Assembly (NCBI RefSeq): GCF_006345805.1
Contig: NC_043012.1
Location: 15,190,001-15,254,000 of the forward strand
DNA: 64,000 bases
From: Octopus sinensis
Taxonomy: Eukaryota
Direction: 5' to 3'
Below are positions 11,230 through 20,356 of this stretch, in pieces. The notes under the pieces are model-generated. The model made no database searches and had not been told where the DNA came from. It worked only from the letters and a program-made list of their open reading frames with translations. How positions within the stretch are numbered: position 1 is the stretch's first letter; every line of letters begins with the position of its first letter. The position numbers were made by a program, and so were the translations under genes.

Positions 11230-11420
11230 AACAAAAGACGAAGGCAGGTGGAATACAAACAAACAAATGTATTAGTATGGCGCTCAGGAATATAAATAAA
11301 ACAAGTCTTTTACGTTTCGAGCCTACGCTCTTCGACAGAAAGATACACAGAAAAGAAACACGGTGAGAAACAAGGAGAGAAAAAAAATGTGTGCAGAAGC
11401 TAGCGAATCAACATGGCGAT
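11230..11420 (-). mobile_element. Penelope-type terminal-repeat (pLTR-like) element, family B, carrying hammerhead motif
   Basis: Homologous to 51185-51375, 60385-60492 and 61335-61495. A 3' fragment lies at ~45648-45710. Confidence 0.6.
11306..11343 (-). ncRNA. Putative minimal type I hammerhead ribozyme, variant core CUGUCGA
   Basis: Minus strand reads UCUUU-CUGUCGA-A-GAGC-GUAG-GCUC-GAA-ACGU-A-AAAGA. 5-bp stem I, 4-bp stem II, palindromic stem III ACGU, GUA cleavage triplet. Confidence 0.65.
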
Positions 11421-11434
11421 ATTTTTATATATAC

Positions 11435-11620
11435 GTAACTGCACATGGATTGTTGGTGACTTTCCATTATTTTTCCTCCTTTCTCTTTGGACTTTTCTCA
11501 GTCCGATAAAGAGCTATGCTTGAAACATTAACAGCTCTCTCTTTTCACCGAGCATCAAATTAATATATTTCTTGTGCATGTCCTCATGTTCATTTTTTCT
11601 GTTTTTCTCTTTTCCAATTG
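11435..11620 (+). mobile_element. Penelope-type terminal-repeat element, family A, decayed hammerhead
   Basis: Homologous to 19620-19835 and 52106-52200. CCGATAAAGAGCTATGCTTGAAACATT at ~11503-11529 is a decayed CTGATGA-A-GAGC..GCTC-GAAACGT. Confidence 0.5.
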
Positions 11621-12059
11621 TTTGTCTTTGAATTGACTATATACACACTGAAGTATACCGACAATTTGAGAAAGAAAGCAGTGAACTTAGGCTTTTATTT
11701 GCTCACAATCCGACCAGTTCTAGAAAACAATATACACACTTTAATTTATACTTATTCAGTAAGATACAAATATACACCATTAATATCCAGCACAAGTCCA
11801 CATACTTAAACAAAAGAAGTCTACATATTTAAACAAATGAACCAATATATTCACTTTCCATTCACTTTTACTTTCCATTTAATATTCTAATAAACACTTT
11901 ATCATGATTTAAATGCACAAACTCAGATAAAACAGGTTAAAATTTTATGGCTGTTTTAGGTAATCAAACAGCTGTATCTTAGAACTATAAAATACATCGG
12001 AATGCCTTTCTACAATCTACATAATTACATAAAATCACAACACACACACGCACACACGT

Positions 12060-13360
12060 ATCTTGGTTGTCAATTGATCTCTGATGAAGACATGGTCTGT
12101 GGTCTCAGCAGTCAGTGGTGGGAACACATGTGACTCTGCAGTCCAAAGCCAGAAGTACACAGGCGCCTGGAGGTTAGACACTGGTAGTCTGTGATCAGAA
12201 CTGAGGATGATGTGGCCCTGTGACACCTGTCTCTTACCTCAAAGGCAGCTAAAAGCAGTGTTGGTGATTGACCTCCAGGTAGCCGAGTTTGCAACGCTTG
12301 GTACCACACCACTTTAGGTTGTCCTTAAGGGTGTCCTTACACCTCAACTTGGGTCTTCTTTGTTACCTTGTGCCTTCCTTCAGCTCACCGCACATCAGCT
12401 GTCTGGGGATGTGACGGTCATTCATTCTGATGACGTGGCTGGTCCAGTGTAACTGAGCTTTGACCAGAAGTGCCTCGACACTTGTGGACTCTACTCTGCC
12501 TAGCACTTCTTGATTGGAGACTCAGTCCTGCCAGTGAATGCCCATGATTGTGTGCAGTGATCTTATATGGAACTGCTTGATGTGCCAGCAGTATGGGGTC
12601 CATGTTTCACAACCATACAGCAGCATGGAGAGAACAACAACTTTGTACGTCTCGAGTTTCGTGGACAGCTGCACGCTTTTCTGTTGTAATATTTTGACTC
12701 TTGAGTCTGTAACGAACTTAGTGTGAGTGAATATCTTGTCTTGTACTTTCGGGGTACAAGAAAGCAATCACTCACTAGCCGTTGCTTTAATAATCCAGAT
12801 TCTCTACCAGTCAGAAACAACAAGACGCAGACGTAAAATATATATAACTACTTTATTCTCTTTCTTGGTAACAATAACAATAAGTGTGTTATCTGATGTC
12901 CTTGGTTCTGGGCGCGCAAGGCTGAAAGTTAATCGATTGTAATATTTACAATGTTCAGCCGCCCAAAACCAGAACGGGTTCAAGATGGCGTCGAACAGGG
13001 AAGTTGAATGTGGTCGGCAACAATTTGGTTAAAGGCATTCGGCCGACTGCTATCAAAGCTGGACAGCTAGAAAATATACGTCCGTCCCCTTCAATCGCTG
13101 CTGTCCCAAGTCGCCGCTTGCTGCTGCTAGTGGTCAAACGTTCTACGATCCCCCTGCCTTGGCCAGGGTCGTGCTTCCGGTGGTTCGCGCATGCGCGAGA
13201 GGGCCCTTCCTCTCTCTGCCTTGGTAAAGGCACCTGCACGCGCGAAATACAAATGGACGGTGCGTGAGCGCGCACCGCTATAGGGTCACTACAAGTCTAC
13301 CAAGTGTTTGGTTGGCTGCTGCATTGCAAGACACAGCTGTGATGGTTCTGCCAGTTGGTG
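12060..13360 (-). mobile_element. RTE/BovB-like LINE 3' fragment, interrupted by a solo LTR
   Basis: Minus-strand LSTKLETYKVVVLSMLLYGCETWT, GIHWQD, GLQSHMCSH. After removing 12708-13293 the flanks rejoin to approximately ..NQTLGRL|RVKIL. Confidence 0.8.
12708..13293 (-). mobile_element. Solo LTR (586 bp)
   Basis: TGTAAC...ACTACA termini. 4-bp TSD AGTC (12704-12707, 13294-13297). AATAAA on the minus strand at 12852-12857. GC/CpG-rich U3-like half. Confidence 0.8.
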
Positions 13361-13689
13361 TAGTATTATATCCTCCGTCTCCAAATACCGTGGTACTGCC
13401 ATGATATTATGACAGCTGGTTTAGAAATTATGACAGATGGTTTAGATGTTACACTGTACCAGTGTTGTAACAGTAAACAAGATAAATGATGCATCTGTAA
13501 TAACAACGTAACCATCCAACAATCTCTTCACAAACCAACAATCAATATTCCAATGAACCGACCGACACCTTCCAACTTTATTGCGAACTCAACTTGAACT
13601 AACACACAAACTTCACTCTGACTGCTACGATTTATAATTGCTCGGTCTAATCTATTTCTTGCAAGGGGGTATTTGTAACTCTCATCATA

Positions 13690-14030
13690 GCACCTTGGAC
13701 AAGTCTTTTACTATAGCCTCGGGCCGATTAAAGTCTTGTGAGAAGATTTGGTAGACAGAAACTGAAAGAAGCCCATTGTATATAGATATATATATATATA
13801 TGTATATATCTATGTGTGTATCTGTATTTCTGTATCTGTCCCCCCGCCACTGCTTCTCAACTGGTGTTAGTGTGTTTACATCCCTGTAACTTAATGGTTT
13901 GGCAAAAGAGCCTGATAGAATAAGTACTAGGCTTACAAAGAATAAGTGCTGGGGTCAATTTCTTTGACTAGAAAAACCCTTTAAAGAGGTGCTCCAGTCA
14001 AAAGCCCGAAACAAGTAAAAGAATAAAAGA
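13690..14030 (+). mobile_element. SINE family S1
   Basis: Matches the S1 middle and 3' half. Confidence 0.75.
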
Positions 14031-14114
14031 ATAGTGATTTTACTTAGTCTTCCATTGTGAAGATTATCTCCATCATTACCTTGTCAAGTTTACTCTTCAT
14101 CCTTTTCATATAAG

Positions 14115-14670
14115 TAGCTTGCTTTGCTACCACATGGTTGTTGGTTCAATCCCACTTCATGGCACCTTCAGCAAATGTCTTCTATTACAGCCCCAGAATG
14201 ACCAATGCCTTATGAGTGAATTTGGAAGATGAAAACTATGAGGAAGCTTGTCGTACTTATCTGTGCGTGTGTGTGTGTGTGCATGTTTATATGTGTTGTA
14301 TATACATATCTATGTATGTGTGTGTGTGTCTGTGCTTGTTTGTGTGTGTTGTGTATGCATATTTGTGTACGTGTGTTCATGTGTGTCTGTGTATGTGTGT
14401 GTGTCTGTGCATGTTTATATGTGTTTATGTGATGTGTGTTGTAGGTTCATATTTATGTATGTGTGTGTGTGTGCGTATTTGTGTGCATGTTTGTGTTTGT
14501 CCCCACACCTTACTTGACAACAGATGCCAGGGGACTTAAACAAAGTCCCCATAACTTAATGGTTGGGCAAACGCACCAGACTTAAAAATTAGTACTGGTG
14601 TCAATCTATTCAACAAAACCCTTCAAAGTAGTGCCCCAGCATGGCCACAGTCCATGATTAAAACAAGAAA
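14115..14670 (+). mobile_element. SINE family S1 with expanded (TG/TA)n middle
   Basis: Degenerate head, ~250-bp microsatellite, S1 3' half. Confidence 0.7.
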
Positions 14671-14684
14671 AGGACTTATATTTT

Positions 14685-15045
14685 TTTACTCTTTTATTTA
14701 TTTCAGTTATTTGTCTGCGGCCTTGCTGGAGCACCACCTTGAAGGGTCTTAGCCTAACAAATCAACCCCAGAACCTATTATTTTAAAGCCTAGTACATAT
14801 TCTATTGGTCTTTTTTGCTGATCCGCTAAGTTACAGGGATATAAGCATACCAATAAGTGGTGATAGGAAGACAAACACACATAGATATATACGATATATG
14901 ATGGGCTTCTTTCAGTTTCCATCAACCAAATCCATTCACAAGACTTTGGTTGGCCTGAGGCTATAGTAGAAGACACTTACTGAAGGTCCCATGCAGTAGG
15001 ACTGAACCTGGAACCATGTGGTTGGGAAGCAAGCTTCTCACCAGA
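14685..15045 (-). mobile_element. SINE family S1
   Basis: Reverse complement of an almost full S1 copy. Confidence 0.75.
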
Positions 15046-15174
15046 GGGCCATGTCTTATACTTGCTGTTGTAGATCTAAGAAAACTGAAATATGTTCATT
15101 GCTTTTCATGTGTAGGTTTTTTGCAGACATGGTTCCCTTCCATACAAAATGTTCTATACTTTCAAAAATATATA

Positions 15175-15430
15175 TAGGTGCAAGTGTGGCTGTGTGGTAA
15201 GAAGCTTGCTTCCCAAACACATGGTTCCAGGTTCAGTCCTACTGTGTGGCACCTTGGGCAAGTGCCTTCTACTATAGCCTCAGACTGACCAAAGCTTTGT
15301 GAGTGGATTTGGTCGATGGAAACTGAAAGAAGCATGTTGTATATACATAGTAGAAAACACTCGCCCAAGGTGCCATACAGTAGGAGTGAACCCAGAACCA
15401 TATGGTTGGAAAGCAAACTTCTTACCTCGG
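15175..15430. mobile_element. Two S1 SINE heads in inverted orientation (+ at ~15175-15335, - at ~15350-15430)
   Basis: A-box and B-box heads on opposite strands. Confidence 0.65.
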
Positions 15431-15898
15431 TCACGTCTGTGCCTGGGAATTTCTTTATGGAGATGCCACCTGTCTTCTTTAGTGTCACTTTGTTTAGATA
15501 TAAACTTCCACAAACAAAATACAGAGTTATAAATAATGATGATTTTTTTATACATCACATTGAAGGTAAAGAAAAACAACAGAAATATTACGAATGACAA
15601 AATCCCGCCGTTTTGTTTTTTGTGAGTGGGAGAGATGATTGTAGTTGTAGAGATAAGTATTAAGTTTTTAGGAAACATCTTTCGATTGCCATTTTCTTGT
15701 CAATTACACATATCTATTCAAATATCAAAAACATGGGTCTTCTTCTATGTTTGTACAAAAACGAATACACAAACGCACGCGCACAATACAAATCAGCTGT
15801 CATAGAATTAATTCACGGAAATGGCTTTACATAAACTCATGCTGTTACATTTGCGCAAAAGTACACAGAGAGGGAGAGGGGAAGGGAGAAGAGGTGAG

Positions 15899-15924
15899 TA
15901 ACAACAACAACAACAACAATGATG

Positions 15925-15963
<39 letters not shown>

Positions 15964-16299
15964 TTGACTTGAATGACTAAGTCTGTCTCTTGCTTGTTAT
16001 CTTCTAATCTATGCTATTTCACTGGTTGAAAGACACAATATGGACTTACGAAATCTTGATTGACAATAATTGTTGTTGTTGTTGTTGTTGTTGTATTGAC
16101 ATCGTCATAATCACTATCGGTTTCATTTTTCTTTCCCCCTAATATCGATATCAAGGCTGTTGTAATTGTCGTGGTTGTTGTGGTTAACAGACTACATGAA
16201 TGAATGGTAACATACCACCTGTTACCATCCATTTGTGTCTCATATCGAACAGAACATCTCTCACTCTCCACGCAGTTCTGTTTGAGAGAGGTTGAAACA

Positions 16300-16382
<83 letters not shown>
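15899..16382. repeat. Microsatellite cluster: (AAC)n(AAT)n, (GTT)n, (AAAG)n(AG)n
   Basis: Direct inspection: 15899-15962, ~16069-16092, 16299-16382. Confidence 0.95.
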
Positions 16383-16384
<2 letters not shown>

Positions 16385-16600
16385 TAAAGCTGTAATTGTT
16401 GTAAATATTTTCGCCATTACTCAACTGATTGCTGGTGATAATGACACGGACACCTTCTTCCGACTGTCACCCTAACCGCTAATTAATGATGACGACAAGA
16501 AATCACCGGATCATCAAATGCTTCTTAAATGCTATGCACTTCTGTGTCGGGCACCACCTTATTTATCAGTTTATCTGTTTATTTATTTGTTTATCTATCT

Positions 16601-16975
16601 GAGCTGGCAGAAACGTTAGCGCGCCGGACGAAATGCTTAGCGGTATTTCGTCTGCAGTTACGTTCTGAGTTCAAATTCCGCCGAGGTCGACTTTGCCTTT
16701 CATCCTTTCGGGGTCGATAAATTAAGTACCAGTTACGCACTGGGGTCGATGTAATCGACTTAATACCTATGTCTGTCCTTGTTTGTCCCCTCTGTGTTTA
16801 GAGGTATTTCTTCTGCAGTTACGTTCTGAGTTCAAATTCCGCCGAGGTCGACTTTGCCTTTCATCCTTTCGGGGTCGATTAAATAAGTACCAGTTACGCA
16901 CTGGGGTCGATGTAATCAACTTTGTCTGTCTTTGTTTGTCCTCTCTTTGTTTAGCCCCTTGTGGGCAATAAAGAA

Positions 16976-16977
<2 letters not shown>
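16601..16977 (+). mobile_element. tRNA-derived SINE family S3 with internal ~161-bp tandem duplication
   Basis: Head GAGCTGGCAGAAACGTTAGC..GAGTTCAAATTCC. Central CTTTCATCCTTTCGGGGTCGATAAA..AAGTACCAG block. Tail GCCCCTTGTGGGCAATAAAGAAAT followed by (ATCT)n. Confidence 0.85.
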
Positions 16978-17008
<31 letters not shown>

Positions 17009-17159
17009 CTTATTGTCATTTTAGTTTTCTATAATAATCCAATTTGCCTTTACAAAAATATTTAGTCAACTTGGTATTTATCTGGTACTTCTTTTTTTAT
17101 TGACATTGAAATGATGAAAAGCAACATTGATCTCATCAGGATTTGAACTCAGATGTAAA

Positions 17160-17320
17160 GGGTTTGTTCCTTCTCGAGCCACGCCTGGCTCATAAGAGCC
17201 AGTTTCCCGGTTTCCTTGGCGTATAGGTTCCCCACCTGGATGGGACGCCGGTCTGTTGCAGGTGAGCTGCAAGATGCAGGAGAAAAGAGTGAGAGAAAAT
17301 TGTGGCGAAAGAGTCAGCAG
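17160..17320 (-). mobile_element. Probable SINE 3'-domain fragment
   Basis: GC-richer island whose minus strand GTCCCATCCAGG..GAAACCGGGAAACTGGC..ATGAGCC resembles SINE tail domains. Single copy in this window. Confidence 0.3.
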
Positions 17321-17765
17321 AACACTGTCTTGAAATTCCACCAAACACACAGCATGACCTTCTGTTCAAATTGACCTTGTTTGCCAACAGATTCTGAATT
17401 CTTCCTGAAATTAGAATTTTGATTTAGATAGGCATATGTATATTTGTATGTGTGTGCGTTTCTTCTTGACTTTGTTAGGGCCTAAGGAAGTTGTAGAGTC
17501 AAAAATATGTTGAAGGTGATTCACTTGATTTTAACTGCCCCTTCTTTTATTTATGACTTCCATACTTGGCTAATGAAACCTATATTGCAAACAATACCAA
17601 CATTTGTACCATTTTGTCTTTTACTCACTTTTGTTTTTAGACTATAGCAATGCAGGGACAGTGTCTTGATGGGTTTTAGCAGAAAGAATCAACCCTGGAA
17701 CATTTTTATTTAAACCTGGTACATCTTGTATGAGTTTCATATACTGAACCACTAAGTTAGTATTT

Positions 17766-18827
17766 CTGGGTCATCCCATAAATAATGTGTTTTTTTTTTC
17801 AATTGCATGAACTAAAAGTCAGAGGGGGATTGCATAAACTACCTGTGTTAACTTGCTATAAAAGCAGGTAGTAATTTTACCTTGTCCTTACTCTTAGTGC
17901 AAATTTTGAAGAGGGCAGATCGATTTTAACAGTTATTTCTTCAAAGCTATAATGGAAGTGACAAAGGAGAATATTCAACATATTTTGCTTTATGAGTTCA
18001 ATAAAGGAAACGATGCAACAGAAAGTGCAACAGATATTAATGCAGTATATGGGGATTGGACAATAAGTGTAAGCCAGTGTCAATGATGATTCCAGATATT
18101 CCAAGCCAGAAACTACAGCCTGGAAGATGAGCCTTGTCCTGGAAGATCTGTAGAGCTTGACGAGGATGTCCTGCAAACCCTGGTGGAACGAAATCCCATT
18201 GTAATTATTTGGTTATTCAATCATTCATCAACACCTGTGTGCCATCAGAAAAGTCAGCAAATTGGGTCATTGGATTCCTCACAACCTTTCCGAGTCTGAT
18301 TATGCACAGAAAGTGAATGTGTGCTCTGTTTTGATGTTACGTCTCATGAATGAACCTTTTCTGGACTGGTGATGGGAAATGGGTTCTCTATAAAAATGTC
18401 AAATGCCGAAGACAGTGGGTAGGGAATTGAGAAACCCTGGCACTTCAGACTAAAGAAGGTCTTTGCCCACGGATGGTGTTGTTATCTGTTTGGTGGGATA
18501 TGAAAGGTTTAATCCACTTTAAACTTTTAAACCCAAATCAAACAATAACAAAGGAGATTTGATTATCATTTATTCCACAGTCTTCAAAATCATTTGGACA
18601 GAAAAGATATGAATTCTGTAGACAAAGTCAGAACAATACTGGAGCAGTATTTTTCATCATAGACAAGTGAATTTTTGAAGAGGAGCCTTGCAAGTCTATC
18701 AGACAGATGGAAGAGCATTGTAGAAAATGAAGGATAGTATATTTTAGACTAAAAAAGAACTTTGTTTATCTTATTTTTGAAAAATAAAAGAAGTATAAAA
18801 AACTGCATTATTTATGAGATGACTCAA
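17766..18827 (+). mobile_element. Mariner (DD34D-type) transposon relic with internal deletion
   Basis: TIRs CTGGGTCATCCCATAAATAATG and CATTATTTATGAGATGACTCAA followed by TA. Decayed transposase from ATG 17952 to TAA 18752 with WIPHNL, LLSVWWD and DYHLFHSLQNHL. Confidence 0.9.
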
Positions 18828-18829
18828 TA

Positions 18830-19030
18830 TATAAACAAACACCACTTGTCAAGCATCAGTGAGAGATAAACTCAAGCACACACACACACACTCATGTGCC
18901 ACACTTCTTTCAGTTTCCTTCTAGAAAATCCACTCACAAAGCTTTGGTCCACTCAGCACTGTTATAGTAGAAGACACTGCATTGAATTCAGAAACATGTG
19001 GTCAGAAAGGTAACTTCTCACCACACAGCC
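18830..19030 (-). mobile_element. SINE family S1, partial
   Basis: Reverse complement of the S1 head and middle. Confidence 0.6.
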
Positions 19031-19419
19031 TCACCTGTACTCAGAAGTAATTTACAAACAATTGGAAGTATTTAAACGTAAGAGCTTCAAACATGCACAC
19101 ATACATTTAAAGTATGACTTCAAAACCAGCCAGTACAGTTCATGTGTCAACACATCTAAAAGTCATGATATTCTACTTACAAAAGAAAAACAATGGATCT
19201 CTCTTTCTTTGTGTCATTTGCCTTGGTTTTCTACACCAATGAGTGCTTGCTCTGAAATCACTGCATTAATTACCTAAGCATTAAATTAAACAGGATATTA
19301 TCACACCACTCTGTTCAAACAGTTAAAAAGAACCTAACATTGTCTGTAATTAATTATTTGTTTATAAATATCCCTAAAATTTTCTGAAAAATGGTGGAGA
19401 AATTATTTATGTATAATAG

Positions 19420-19590
19420 GTGCAGGTGTTGTTGTGTGTTTATGAGACTAGCATCTCAATGATGTGACCTCAGGATGAGTCTCGCTGCATGTAGCACCGT
19501 GGGCAAGTGTCTTCTGCTATAGTTCCAGGTTAACCAAAACCTTGTGAATGGATTTGGTAGACAGAAAACTGAAAGAATCCTCATATATCT
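19420..19590 (+). mobile_element. SINE family S1 head, degenerate
   Basis: GGGCAAGTGTCTTCTGCTATAG..GGATTTGGTAGACAGAAAACTGAAAGAA. Confidence 0.6.
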
Positions 19591-19619
19591 ATATCTATAT
19601 ATATATATATATATACACA

Positions 19620-19835
19620 CACTGTAGATGTCCTGTCAATATGTGACTGCGTGTGTATTGTTGGCGATTTTCTTTCTCCGTCTTCCCTTCCTTGGGCTTT
19701 TCCTTTTTTCTATACTTCTGATGAAGAGCTCTACTCATAACGTTAAGTCCTCCTTCTTTCTTTCCTTTCCTGAGTGTCCAATAACACTTTGCTTGTTCCA
19801 CGTCCTCACATTGTTGTGTTTTCTCTTTGTTCATG
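19620..19835 (+). mobile_element. Penelope-type terminal-repeat element, family A
   Basis: Homologous to 11435-11620. Contains a hammerhead-like motif. Confidence 0.5.
19714..19748 (+). ncRNA. Decayed type I hammerhead motif with canonical CUGAUGA core
   Basis: ACUU-CUGAUGA-A-GAGC-UCU-ACUC-AUA-ACGU-U-AAGU. Stem I is perfect, but GAA is mutated to AUA, so it is probably inactive. Confidence 0.45.
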
Positions 19836-20356
19836 TTTGCCAGCTCTGTCTGGCCCCGTGTCGGTGGCACGTAAAAGCACCATCCGTTTGTATTCGTTGC
19901 CAGCCTCGGCTGGCCCCTGTGCCGGTGACACGTAAAAGCACCATCCGTTCATGGCCGTTTGCCAGCTCTGTCTGGCCCCGTGTCGGTGACACATAAAAGC
20001 ACCATCCGTTCGTGGCCGTTTGCCAGCTCTGTCTGGCCCCGTGTCGGTGGCACGTAAAAGCACCATCCGTTCGTGTCCGTTGCCAGCATCGCCTGGCCCC
20101 GTGCCGGTGACACGTAAAAGCACCATCCGTTCGAGGCCGTTTGCCAGCTCTGTCTGGCACCTGTGCAGGTGGCACGTAAAAAACACCCACTACACTCGCG
20201 GAGTGGTTGGCGTTAGGAAGGGCATCCAGCCGTAGAAACACTGCCAGATCTGACTGGGCCTGACGAAGCCTTCCAGCTTCACAGACCCCAGTTGACCCGT
20301 CCAACCCATGCTAGCATGGAAAGCGGACGCTAAATGATGATGATGATGATGATGAT
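19835..20356 (+). mobile_element. RTE LINE 3' UTR fragment with five ~61-bp tandem units and (ATG)n tail
   Basis: GGCGTTAGGAAGGGCATCCAGCCGTAG..CGGACGCTAA(ATG)n, matching the 3' end of the LINE at 22850-23300. Confidence 0.85.

Noticed and set aside
12986-13002. TGGCGTCGAACAGGGAA resembling a tRNA-Lys primer-binding site
   Set aside because: It is internal to the LTR, not adjacent to an LTR end, and no gag follows. Treated as coincidence overlapping the YY1-like motif.
12955-13275. 106-aa and 87-aa ORFs in the GC-rich island
   Set aside because: They lie inside a TSD-bounded solo LTR and have no protein motifs.
13455-13690. Second LTR-like fragment (TGTAACAG.., minus-strand AATAAA)
   Set aside because: No matching end, TSD or second copy, so too weak to call.
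19835-20180. CRISPR-like appearance of the ~61-bp array
   Set aside because: The units are whole tandem repeats without unique spacers, there are no cas genes, and the context is a eukaryotic LINE UTR.
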